Shown: positions 11,413 through 23,982 of the stretch, piece after piece | Layout: every line of letters begins with the position of its first letter | How positions within the stretch are numbered: the stretch's first letter is position 1 | NCBI GenBank assembly: GCA_025201805.1 | Contig: MU619264.1 | Span: forward strand, 186,199 to 250,198 | Reading direction: 5' to 3' | Length of the DNA: 64,000 nucleotides | Source of the DNA: Parasitella parasitica NRRL 2501 | Lineage: Eukaryota; Fungi; Mucoromycota | Program-made: the position numbers and the translations under genes | Notes under the pieces: model-generated | What the model was told of the DNA's origin: nothing | Seen by the model: only the letters and a program-made list of their open reading frames with translations | Database searches by the model: none

Positions 11413-14306
11413 ATGCCCTCTACTCGATCTCAAAAGGCAACACTTGTCAATGATGTTGAACATTCAAACAGCCACAAAAAGCACGAATCACCAAATAAGA
11501 TTGTCCATTCAAAAAATGCTGGAGGCAACATATCAGAGTACCCTGTCGAATTCACAAGAGATTCCAAGTAAGTATATATCTGTTGGTTCAATTCATAAAG
11601 ATAATTTAACCAATTTCTCAGGTATTTCTTTTCATCTGTCGGATCTTGTGTAAAAATTTTCAGCATGGCAACAGGAGCCGTTGTCAAGGTGCTATCACAG
11701 TCGCCTGCCTCTGGTGGCCACAGCAGTAAAATTACTTGTGTCGCCTTGAATCCCAAGAATCATCTTCAGTTGTACACAGCCAGTTTGGATGGCAACATCA
11801 AACTATGGGATTTCAATGATGATATCTTATTAAAGACATACAATGTAAATGCACCGATTCAATCTATGGTTCTGTCCCCCGAGACTGCTGGATATGCTTA
11901 CATTGTCGTTCAATCAGAAGAAACAAAGGACAAATTATCAGATAATACCATTGTATATCGCTTTGCATTTGGCAACTCGGATGAACCGGCTCAACTACGT
12001 CGCATTTGCTCATTAAAAGACTGCACTACAATTGACATCGCCGAGGATGGCAAATGGCTTGCGTTCGGTGCTCGCTACAAGGCCTATGTATGGCCTACCA
12101 ATAAATCAACTGAGGATGTACCTGAAACACAAATTAGACACCATGTGTTTGTTGAACAAATTACAGTATTAAAGTTCCATCCTCATAAACCGATTTTAGC
12201 TGTGGGTGACAAATCTGGTAAGATTACTTGTATTGCCAACTACAATTCTGAGGACACCAAGGATCATGTCAGATCAATTCACCATTGGCATCATCTTCCC
12301 GTGGGTTGTATTACATTCATGGCAGACGGCTCATACATGTTGTCTGGTGGTGAAGAATCTGTGATGGTTATTTGGCAACTGGACACTGGCCATAAGCAAT
12401 TTCTACCTAGATTGGGTGGCAGCATTGCCTCTATCACTATTTCTCCCAACCATAGATTCTACTGCCTTGGCTTGGATGATAACTCAATCCGTTTAGTGAA
12501 TAGTGTTACGCAGAGTATTGAACAAGTGATTCAGGGCCTTCAATATGGTAATTTTACTTGGAAAGTCACCAATGTTAATGTATCTAATACTGTATTTGCG
12601 TGTGCAAATGTTTAGCTCAAGCTGATAATGCGTTGAATCCCCTTTCTACTGGACTTATTATCGAACCTCGTAATCATCATATTGTGTTGAACGGTGTTCA
12701 GGGTAGTCTCCAATTTTACAATGCGGTTGCTGATAGTCATGTTATGGATCTGGAGGTCGTGCCTATGAATCGGGTAGTGCGTGCAGGTGAAAAGGAGATT
12801 ATTCATGCTCATGTAGCTCATGTTGCTTTCTTACATAACGGCGAATGGATGGCTACGGTAGATATGCGTGATGATAAGGTCACAACTCCTGAGCTCTTTT
12901 TAAAGTTCTGGCGCTGGGATCCTGATACCCAAGGCTATAAGCTCCATACACGTGTAGATTACCCCCATATTAAACCCATTACATCATTAATATTCAACCC
13001 TGTTTCCCGTCAAGGACCTATGGCCATCACTACTTCCGAAGACAAGACCTTCAAGGTATGGAATTTAAGTACTGATCTCGGCCGTAGCTATCAGAATGGC
13101 GAAGCTGCCTGGGTTTGCAGATCTGTTGGTGTATATCGTGATAGTGTACCTTGTACTGCTTCTTTCTCAGAAGATGGCAGTATCCTGGCTGTTGCTTTTG
13201 GCCAAGCTACCACTATTTGGGATCCCTATTCAAACTCGATTCAGGCCATACTTGCACAGCCTAACCCTGAAAACATCGAAAAATTAAGCTTTTTGGGTGA
13301 AAACTGTCCATTCTTGATTGCTAAATCCAAATCTCATCTGTATGTGTGGAATATTTTAACTTGTAAAGTATGGTGGAGCTATAAGGTCTCTGTGGATCAT
13401 CTTGCCATCGATACTGTTTCAAATCTATTTGCTATTGTACGTAACCACCCTCGTACCAACGAATCTCGCATCACTGTATTCGAACCTAAATCGCCTGTGC
13501 CTATTGCATTGCAGCATTTGAAGTATACTTGTCTCTCTATCGCATGGCTTCCTAAAGAGCAGCAAGAAGAAAACACAGCTACATTGTCTAGTGCATTACT
13601 CTGCCTCAGCAACAAATATGAAATGATTATCCACACCATCAAGTCCAGATCAGCATTGAACAGCAAATTATTAACTAAAAATGAGACAATCGCTGCCTCT
13701 GTTTCGCTGGATGATAACGACAGTACAGACATAAGCTTATTAAATGACATGTATGGTAAACGTGAAAATGAAAAGGAGACAGATGAGCAGACCCGAATCC
13801 GTCTTAAAACTGTACAAACCATGCGTGAAGAAGCAATGTCAGCAAATAAGAAGGACAGAGCAACTAGACGCAAAGAAGACGGCGATGTATCAGGTTTATC
13901 TGCACCTAGCCATGTCCTTCCTGGCGTGGAGACATTATTCGATACATTTATGTCTTCAATTATGACGCTCCGCATCAGCGAAGGCTCAGCATCGACTACT
14001 GAAGCCATGGAAATAGATGGAGATGACGAGACAATGAATAATGATTTACGGGAACAAGAACAAGACAATTTATTACTACAAGATAACATCACAAAATCTG
14101 TCAATCATGACCTCCCTTCATTAATTAGTTATTTCGCGCATAAATTAGGTGAGCTAATATTTAAATGCTATGTTATTCATGATCTAACATCTCCTTGTAT
14201 ACTAGAACGAAATCCTGCATCCAATAATGCCAACAAAAAACAAGATTCCTCGTCAGATGATGATGATTCGGACGAGGAGGAAGATCCTGCAAAGATTGAT
14301 TGGTAG
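11413..14306 (+). CDS. UTP17: WD40 t-UTP subunit UTP17/NAN1 (WDR75)
   Basis: Tandem WD40 repeats plus the signature HHWHHLPV..YMLSGGEESVMVIWQLDTGHKQFLPRLG and LKFWRWD. Introns at about 11568-11621, 12548-12614 and 14149-14206. Confidence 0.9.
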
Positions 14307-14849
14307 AAAAAGATAAAAAATGAACATAGACGACTTAAAAACACTCACCAAGTACAATCAGCCATTACAACATCGACACTTGTTAATAAATAGGCCCTTT
14401 TAAAAATAAAAAAAAATAAAAAATGTAGCATTCTATGCTAAAGTGTATAATAATTTATTGACTTTAGCCAACGCAATACGCTTTGTTATAACAACCATTC
14501 TAAAGAAAAATATTTCAAAAATCTGATTATTCTCTGTTAATAAGTTTTCATTATCAAATAACTCTCAAGCTTGTTGTGTGTGTTTTTTGATATATAACAG
14601 TTTATTTTATGAGTTCAGGTTATATAAAAACATTTTTGCTTCACTAGTCAGCCAAACTTCAAAGTATGAGAATAATACCAAGTTACAAGGTATAATACAT
14701 TACATTTTATTTTCGAGTGTGGAGGCGCTGTTTCCTCCCCCAATTGAGCAATCCTGGTTAGGTATGAATAATTAAGTTAAATGAAATAAGTTTTCAGTTG
14801 ATAGCGAGGATTAGTATTTATTTGAACAGCTTTTTTGGGAAGATAGGAA

Positions 14850-15758
14850 GGGGATACAGCCAAGAAGCTTCTTGTACGGGATGTGTTCTACTTTGATTCT
14901 GAATCCCAAATGCTTCGTGTTCGATCTTCCTTGCACCAATGTTACCATCCAAATATCGCCAGAACTGTTGCTCGTTTCGTTAGACACCACCGGTTACGCT
15001 TCAAACCCTTCTTTTTACAACAGTGCGCCTTCACTCCGCGACCCACATTAGCGGATACCCTTTCCTCTTCCTTACCCCGTTCTGTCTGCGATTTCTCCTG
15101 TCACCATCCCCATCACCATAATGTTCACCGGGTCCACCCTCCCGTTGTCGTGGTCGGCTCCCACTCAACAGCATCCGTTACTTCAAGAAAGTCTCCTCTC
15201 TGTCCTTACCGCCTCTCGCCAACCCTTTACTTCAACCACATCAACGGCGCTCCTTTTGGTCTGCGTCTATTCCGACTTCTGCCAGAACCGTTTGATATCG
15301 GGCCATCCATCATAAAATCCCATCCCGGTCTCTACTACATACTCATATTCCTCAGGACCATCCTTCTCCTAACTGTACCCTTTGCTTTGCCTCTTCTACT
15401 GAGACTATTACGCATTTCCTCTTCCCTTGCCCCCTAAATTACTAGTATGGCGCGAGATATATCAAACCTACATCCATCCTTAAAACCTCTCGGATGCGGT
15501 TCTTCTCCACTTTTTGCAACAACTCTTACTTTGCTCTCCTCCCCCTCACAATTGTGATGCCTCACTCCCTCTTACCAATCCCTCTTTTCATCGACTCTTT
15601 GCTGTCACTCTTGTCACTATTTGGCATACACACTGGCGCTGGATCTTCGCCCGAATCCCTTTTCTCTCTTTTCTGTCACTCATTACGACATCTTAAGGAC
15701 TTGAAATAAAAACCGAAGCACGACTCCATTGCAAAAAAAAAAAAAAAAAAAAAAAAAA
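14850..15758 (+). mobile_element. 5'-truncated, degenerate L1-like non-LTR retrotransposon with poly(A) tail
   Basis: zf-RVT-like SFWSASIPTSARTV*YRAIHHKIPSRSLLH..CTLC..ETITHFLFPCP, with TGA 15293-15295 where W is expected. C-terminal TLVTIWHTHWRWIF, then AATAAA and an A26 tail (15733-15758). Frameshifted; left boundary approximate. Confidence 0.85.
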
Positions 15759-15894
15759 GATAAAAGTTGAGCTTTGCAATTTGGATCAGGTTGAAACCAG
15801 AAAGATGGTTTATTATAAGAGACATCCTATCAATTACTTCTATTTTCTAGATAGAATCATCGATGACATTTAACTTTAGATCCGATCAGGAACA

Positions 15895-15908
15895 GTTGCC
15901 ATGGCAAC
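15895..15908. promoter_or_regulatory. Perfect RFX X-box GTTGCCATGGCAAC, with two weaker X-box-like sites up to 15947
   Basis: Exact consensus within the 18-bp palindrome CAGTTGCCATGGCAACTG (15893-15910). Confidence 0.5.
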
Positions 15909-17535
15909 TGAGTTGAGATAGTGGTAACCATGGTATTCTATGGATACAACAAACAGGCCCTTATCTAAGGAGATAGTAGTTTCATCTACTTGTGTTATAC
16001 AAAAGCATAGCGTGTTTAAAAAGAAGTAGCATTATATATGCTATAAGGAAAGACTCATTGTTCGACACTTTTATCTTAATGCTCTCCATCAGGCATCATA
16101 ACTGGAAAGATATAGTATAAGTGAGTGCTTAACATTCAATTAGTTTACCTAGAAAATCTTTAAAAGATGATTATTAGCGAGACAATCCCATAGCAACAAA
16201 GAGCATTTCCGTTCTAATAAAACTAAATGGCAATAAACACAAAATCTATGTTGTTGTAACAGTTTTTCTTTTGGAAATCAATCGTTTACAAAAACTGGTC
16301 GTTTTAATTGGAGAAGAGAATGCCCCTGACAGCTAATTTATGGCAAGTATACGCTGAAGCGTAATTCAGATTGATTCGCTGTCTCTTTGCAAGCATTCGT
16401 TCATCATAGGTTGTTGTAAATAAGCACTGAATACAGTGCGTTAGAACTAATGAAAATGTATAAGGGTACGCAATATCTCAAGCACAAGTTGTTAATATTA
16501 AGCAAAAGAGGTCCATATCGATCTGTTTGGCTGCCACTTTTCTATACTTAAGTACTTGATTATAGTGTATTTCAAGTGGTTTTTGCATTTACAGACGAGT
16601 AGACAATAAATGTATTCATATTTGACAAAATGAGGCATCTAAATTTGGATTAAATCCCTTTTTTTCCAAACAAAAAACTTTACATTTCAAAACAACAAAC
16701 TAGTAGCACAAACTTGGGCGTATATTATCGCGTTGTCATACCTACCGGTATAAGCTGAAAAAATGGCTGGCATGTTTCCAGGTCTCTGAAGGCATTGATA
16801 TGTGATACAAATACCTTAACCTAATCGGAAAAGGACCCTTTGTACGACAGGAGTTATAATTCATTGAAATCATAATTATATTTGAAAATTTATAGGATAA
16901 CAAGTAAAATCTTCAGAATCGTGCAATACCTTGTATCTCTGAAAAAAAATTCAATTTTATTATCAATCAGAGATTTATTTGACTCAATTTATCATACAAG
17001 GGCAAAAGAGCACTTTTGTCTTGCAAATGACGCAACTCCGCGAGAGGGATGGTTTGCCCAATGAAAAAATGAAACAGACAAAAAGTGTCAAAACTGAAAC
17101 AACACACAATTATTCAGCAAAAAGCTTTGTGCTGCAAGAGGTGTAAAGCAGAGAGATATTCCGTTTGAAAAAGCAATAATAAACCAGCATATAGCCATAC
17201 GAAACAAAATAATTTTGATACATAAGACACTGATATAAAACGAGAATGATTCGATTTGTAATGCTCGTATCCCCGTCTTGTCTGTCACACATTGGGAGTA
17301 TAATCCCTTTTCTAAAAGCCTTTTACTGAGCACTGCTCATTCGAGAATGATGGCGTGCTCAAGCTCAAGAGGAGTTTGGTGGCCAGTGTGATTGGATTAT
17401 TAAGCTGCATTTTGTAACCCGGCAGCACAGTTTTATTTTTGATCCACGCTATAAATACACTGTAGACCTTTTTTTCGATTTCCCTTAATCTCTCTCTTCT
17501 TCTCATCAACTGCAATAACCACATATAATATATTC

Positions 17536-19870
17536 ATGGAAGTGGAAAAGAAAATCGCTTCTGTCTTTGAGTCAACAGAAACATTTGGTGGCAACAGTGA
17601 TTCATCTGTCGAGAAAGCTACTATCCACGAAGTGGATCCCATTGAAGATTCGCCCATTGAGGAAGTCAGATCCAGTATCCCGCCTACAGATGATCCCACA
17701 TTACCCACAGCAACATCAAGGGCCTGGTTTTGGGGTATTGTTTTCTCTGCAGCCATCTCATTTTCCAACCAGGTAATGTGTGTTTGTCGGATATTCGATC
17801 ACATAGCTATGTGCTGACCAGATTATTAACGTTGGCATTTTATATGTTTAGTTTTTCTGGTTCCGTGCTAATCCGCTGACCATCAAGGTCATTGTCGTAC
17901 AGTTGCTTGCTTTTCCTGCTGGTAGATTGTCTGAGAAGATTCTTCCCAATTATAGAGTACCATTAGGCCGCTTTAGTTTCAATCTGAATCCTGGTAAATT
18001 CAGCGTAAAGGAACATGTGTTGATCACTGTCATGGCAAATGCGGCTGCTACATCGTTTGATGCTATCGATATTATTGTAGTGCAAAAGTTGTACTATAAC
18101 CAAGATTGGGGTTTCGGCGGCGGTATTCTCTTGGTGCTGACTACTAGTCTGTTGGGGTTCGGTTTTGCTGGTGTGTTGCGTCGGTTCCTTGTGCGTCCTG
18201 CTGCCATGGTTTGGCCCATCAACCTGGTCAATGCCACTCTTTTCCATACCTTGCACAAGGAAGTCCCCAAGGACGTCCAAGATGCTGAAGCGCTTCATCC
18301 TGGCTTGAGAATGAGCCGTAACAAATTTTTTGTAATTGCATTTGTGGCCTCATTCTGCTGGTACTTTTTCCCTGGCTACATTATACCGGTTTTAACATCT
18401 GTTTCCTGGATTTGCTGGATTAAACCTGACAATGTCCTTGTTTCTCAAATCGGTAGTGGTATTAATGGCCTTGGTATTGGCAGTTTCACTCTCGACTGGA
18501 GCCAACTTGCTGCATGGTATCCTAGCCCTCTTGCTATTCCTTGGGTTGTTCAGGCTAATATGTTTGCTGGATTTGTCTTTTTTATTTGGATCTTGGTCCC
18601 CATCATCTATTACACTGACACATGGGAGAGCAAAAAATTCCCCTTTTACAACACAAATCAATACGATATTTGGGGAGCTCAGTATAACCGTAGTCGCGTG
18701 CTCACTCCTGACCAATATCTGGACGATGAAGCATATCTTAGTTACTCCCCTATTCGTATCACTGGTTTCTTTGCTATCTGCTATGGCCAGGGTTTAGCTG
18801 CGTTGGGTGCTATCATTACTCATACAATCTTGTATAACGGCAAAGATATTTGGAATCGCATCAAGAGCGCCCGTCAGGCTGATGATGATATCCACGCCAA
18901 GCTGATGGATCAATACAAGGAAGTTCCTGACTGGTGGTATTTTGCGTTGTTTGTGTGTGCTCTCGGTGCTAGTTTTGCCACGATCGTCTGCTATCCTTCT
19001 GATATGCCTTGGTGGGCTCTGATTATTGCTGTTGTGCTTGCCTTTGTCTGGCTTCTGCCCATTGGTATTATTACTGCCATTACATCCCAAGCTCCCACTA
19101 TATCCATGATTACTGAATGGGTCTATGGTGCTATTCGTCCTGGTCATCCCATTGGTAATATGATCTTCAAGACATATGGCTATATCACTGTCCGTCAGGC
19201 CCTTTTGTTTGCTCAGGATTTGAAGCTTGGTCATTATATGAAGATTCCTCCTCGCGAAATGTTCTCTTTCCAAATTGTTGGTACAATCATTGCGTCCTTT
19301 GTTTCTCTTGGTACGACCAATTATTTGCTAAACTCCATTCCTGATATTTGCACTCGTGCTGCTTATCCTTGGACATGTCCCAATGCTGGTCTCTTTGGCG
19401 CCTCTTCTGTGATTTGGGGTCTTATAGGTCCTGGTAAATTCTTCGACTCGTCCTCTCTGTATGCAGGCCTCCCCTATTTCTTGCTTGCTGGTTTTCTTCT
19501 TCCCATACCCATCTGGCTTTTGTCTAAGAAGTTTCCCAATACTTGGGTGGCAAAGATCTCTGTTCCAGTCTTCATGCTAGGTCCCACTCCTTATCCTCCT
19601 GCTCCTACCAATGTTGCCCCATGCTGGACCTTTGTCGGCTTCATCTTCAACCATGTTATCAAAAAGAGAGCCAATGCTTGGTGGAAAAAATACAACTACG
19701 TCCTATCTGCAGCGCTAGATTCAGGTGTCGCTATCTGTGCCATTGTTATCTTTTTTGCGTTCCAGAACACTGAAATCAAATTCCCTGCTTGGTGGGGTAA
19801 CAATGCTGATTCCGTAGATCAATGTCCTTTGGCTATGGCCAATTGGACGGGTGTTGATGTCTACGCCTAA
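17536..19870 (+). CDS. OPT-family oligopeptide/glutathione transporter, one intron (17772..17851)
   Basis: DSPIEEVRSSIPPTDDPTLP, NPGKFSVKEHVLIT, DIHAKLMDQYKEVPDWWY, QDLKLGHYMKIPPR and WWKKYNYVLSAALDSG. Confidence 0.96.
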
Positions 19871-20498
19871 AATCCCATTATATAGTGTTTATTCATTAGC
19901 ATATCTTATAATATATTTGTATTTTTATACCCACAAACACGCTACGTATTAGCACCTTACGCTATTAATCTAATAAACGAACATTGTTCAATTTACAAAA
20001 TGGCTTGATTGTGTCTCGCTTGTTTGGCGTTGCGGGGCAGCTTAGGCTATTTGCCCTTCTGGAAAATATTGTGGTGAAAAAGGTCTAGATTCCCTTTTTC
20101 TGATAATTTATACTTTTTTGTGTGCATTCGCCTATCTTGCGAAGATTCAGAGTGTGATTTTATACAAAGCATATTGAAAGAAGAAGAGGAGGAAGCTCAA
20201 TTTACGGCATGCTAAATACTAAATACGCAGATACCCGGAAAGCAAGAAGGCTGCATAAAACATCGCATACATTTCTCACATATCTACAGGGAGAAATATA
20301 GCGGTATAATGAGCGGCAAATAGGGAGCCACTAAACTGTTGTAGCGTGTGTTATGCACAAAGTAGCCACGTATCAAAACACATGTAAACAATAGAAATAA
20401 TGCAATGATATAATCTTGGGCAATAGGCATCAGTGTGTGTAGCAAATTGTTGTTGGAGAGCAACACGTGATGGGATGGTGCATAAGGGCATAGATGTA

Positions 20499-20707
20499 CA
20501 CCTTTTGTGGAAATAATTGGCACACCCAGTGAAAAAAATGGCACACTTTTAATTTTTTATATGGCACACTTTTAATTGGCACACCTCAATTAGTACGTAT
20601 ATTTTGTATTATAAAATATAGGTGTGCCAATTAAAAGTGTGCCATATAAAAAATTAAAAGTGTGCCATTTTTTTCACTGGGTGTGCCAATTATTTCCACA
20701 AAAGGTG
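20499..20707. mobile_element. 209-bp MITE of Tc1/mariner type: perfect 88-bp terminal inverted repeats, 33-bp spacer, TA target-site duplication
   Basis: 20499-20586 is the exact reverse complement of 20620-20707. Flanked by TA at 20497-98 and 20708-09. Each arm has four TGGCACAC repeats. Confidence 0.92.
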
Positions 20708-21167
20708 TATTCAAGTATACAGAAAGATCCACATGTAGTATAGCAGTACTGGATGAACTAGCTCATGCAGTACATTCGGAATACATTACATATTTCTTGG
20801 CTTTTTATATGCGTTTCAAGCTTGTGTTTAAAAAATCTTCTTTTGTTTTCTTTTGATGTATCACAAGGTGCCGATGGCATTTTTGATACCCTTCTTCTTG
20901 TACATCACCGTAAAGTATATCAGTCATTTTCAGCCCGGTTTAAAATCCTGAGTTTAATTGATTTATATAATAATGATGTTAAATAAATAAGATGTTAAGG
21001 TATATATGCTCTTTCAATGCGAGAGGTATGAATGCAACAAAGAAGGGAGGCTATTTACAAATACATACAAGAAAAAAAAAACGGCGTAAAAAAAAGACGC
21101 AGTAGATGGTAATATTGACTGTTGAAAAGATATCATAATAAAACAGCATCACTTGAGCTCCATTTCT

Positions 21168-21805
21168 TTAAACCATACTCATCAGCTCAAGCTCAAGAGA
21201 TTCCTGGTGTTCTTCAACAAATCTGTCCATTTCTGAGATATCAACGTATAAATCAAACTATTAAATTATTGTCAGGACATTTTATTCTATCGCACATTTG
21301 TGTATATTTATGTATAACTACCTTCAATACACCCAAAAAGCTACGTTCCATTTCATTCAGTTCTCTTGACGTATAAAGTGGGGACACAATGCGATAGATC
21401 GACACTGCATGGGAAGCATAATCCTCGATGTACTTTGTAGCTACAATCATGGCGGCCAAGAATAATTTGTATGGGGTATCATATTCTACTTGACATGTTA
21501 GCCATCATCTGATTCAATTTTAAATCAAGATTTATTTTACCTCCTTGAGCTTGATCAGGCAAGTTTCTCTTGAGACGTTCAAGGTAAATGAGGCCAATCA
21601 CCAAGACAGTAGGTGTAAGGCGGCATTTTTGGTAGACTAACTTGATAAATGTAGGTAGTTCAGGCAACAACATGTGCTGGTAATATCTGCGTTCTTTTGA
21701 GCACTGGACTAAATCGTCTATATTTGAAACCATATATGAAAGTAAAGGCTCAGGACTTGATCTAAATGTCAAAGTTTGGGAGGTAGTTTCAGTGACCATC
21801 ATCAT
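21168..21805 (-). CDS. Pho85-type (Pcl) cyclin-domain protein, 3 exons
   Basis: LPTFIKLVYQKCRLTPTVLVIGLIYLERL..YKLFLAAMIVATKYIED..ELNEMERSFLGVLK|FDLYV, matching the cyclin N box. Confidence 0.85.
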
Positions 21806-22185
21806 TTTGATTAGTTGCTATTTGTGGTAAAGTAATGGAGGTATATAAAAAAAAAAAAGTAATAATGTAATAGAATGATGATGAAAAAAAAAAAAGAGGG
21901 AAAATATACCAGAAGTAGACCCTATTTATACATGAAAAATCAAGGCTTCGGTTCAAAAAGAATCCTCAAACAAACAAAACAAGTTAATGATCCAAGTTTA
22001 GACATATTTTCTCCATTATTTATGAAACGTGAAAGGTGATTATACTCCAAGCGAGATCATTTGATAAGGGGTCTGTCGACATTTGATTATATGAGATATT
22101 AACCATCAAAAATAACCCGGTTCTATTTTCTTTCTTTTCAGCTACAGATATTAAACCGACTGTATGCCGTATTTTACAGAGTAAG

Positions 22186-22236
22186 GATGATGCTGATGAT
22201 GCTGATGATGCTGATGCTGATGCTGATGCTGATGAT
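22186..22236. repeat. GAT/GCT compound microsatellite
   Basis: gatgatgctgatgatgct...gctgatgctgat. Confidence 0.8.
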
Positions 22237-22600
22237 CGTTTAATTTTAATAATAATTGTTGTATTGAATTAACACGAGCGTAGTGCGTGTAGAATTACCA
22301 TAGGATTTTTGCTTTTTTTCAGGCACATACATCTAAACAAATAAAAAATGTTTGTTTTGCAGAATATTATGCACCTACATCGGAAGGCCTTCTTATCAAC
22401 TTGTTTCATGTACAGTGTATCTCGCTTTTCGTTTCGAATAGTAGTGGGGTGGGACGAAGATCTCTCTTTTCATATAATGCGGGTATTTAATAGTTGAAAT
22501 TTTGTCTGGTAAAATTAGCGATGAGTCAGTATTCATGAAAAAAAGATTTTCCATTTCCACCCCCTTGACTCTTGGCAACCATCTTTAAAACATCAAAAAA

Positions 22601-23982
22601 ATGCATACGCTTGTACAGCAACTCGAGGACACTTTAAAAAAACGACGACAAATATCCAAGATCCGTAGATTAGTTGTAAATCCACCTAATGCCATTGATT
22701 TTAGCTCAAATGATTTTTTGGGTTTATCGCATAGCAACCATTTCAAGGCTGCTTACCTCAAGGAACTGCACCAATTGCCCACCATATTGGGTTCAACTGG
22801 CTCAAGACTACTAGATGGAAACTCTGCCTATTGTGAGCAACTGGAGAAGAAAATTGCCGACTTTCACAATAGCGAATCTGCCTTGATTTTCAATTCAGGA
22901 TTCGATGCCAATGCCGGTTTATTCAGCACAGTTCCCCAACGTGGAGATATTATTGTGTACGACGAATTGATTCATGCCAGTGTCCACGAAGGAATGCGGA
23001 TGTCTCGTGCAGCCAAATGTTTGCCTTTTCTTCACTCCAATGTCGCGGATTTTGAGCGCATTATTCAGTGGGCTGTTGTTCAGTATCCAGGCAAGAATGT
23101 TTTTATCGCTGTGGAGACTGTGTATTCTATGGATGGTGATATTGCCCCGTTAAATGAATTAATAGCTGTGCTTCGAAAATTTTGGCCTCTTAAAGAAAAC
23201 GGGTATATCATTGTGGATGAGGTGAGTATTTGACAGCTTTCAAAACAGAATTGTATCAGTAATTTAAAAACCAGGCACATAGCACAGGTGTTTATGGGCA
23301 CCAAGGGCGAGGCATTATTTCGCAATTGGGCTTAGAAAAGGAGGTTTTTGCGAGGTTGCATACTTTTGGTAAAGCATTGGCGAGTAATGGAGGCATGTAT
23401 AAACTAGTAGAGCGTAGATCTATGACCATATCTGATCAACAGCCTCTATTTAGCTGCTATTCTTGGGTCTGAAATCCTTCGACAATATTTGATCAACTAT
23501 GCCAGGCCGCTAATTTATTCAACTTTTATGTCGTATAGCTCATTAGCTTCTATAAAATGCGCTTATAGTGTGCTCGAGAATGAAGAAACTATACTGGTAA
23601 GAGACAGATGGTAGCCATGGCGTAAAGCAAAATGATTAAAAATGATTCATAGATTCAAAAACATGTACATGATATCACCCAACGTTTCAGGGACACTATT
23701 CGCTTACCCTCAGGAACACTTCTGCCATCATCCAGTCCTATTCAAGGAGTTGTGTTAAACGGCAATGCGCCTGTTCGGGCGTTAGCAGGTTACTTGAACA
23801 AAAAGGGGTTCATTGTAAAGCCTATTTGTTCACCAACAGTGCCCATTGGACAAGAGCGTGTTAGAATATGTCTTCATGGACACAACACCATGGACCAAGT
23901 CGACAGTTTAGTCGAGGAAATACATTTGTTCTTTCGAATCAGCCCTTCATCATCACCAGTAGACGAAACGGCGAAACTCTAA
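22601..23982 (+). CDS. bioF: 8-amino-7-oxononanoate (KAPA) synthase with PTS1 (-AKL), 4 exons
   Basis: IDFSSNDFLGL, GSTGSRLLDGN, NSGFDANAG, YDELIHASVHEG, ETVYSMDGD, VDE|AHSTGV, HTFGKA (PLP lysine) and PTVPIGQERVRICLH. Confidence 0.95.

Noticed and set aside
20284-20856. Two ORFs with the identical start MPFFSLGVPIISTKGV on opposite strands
   Set aside because: Artefact of the MITE's inverted repeats.
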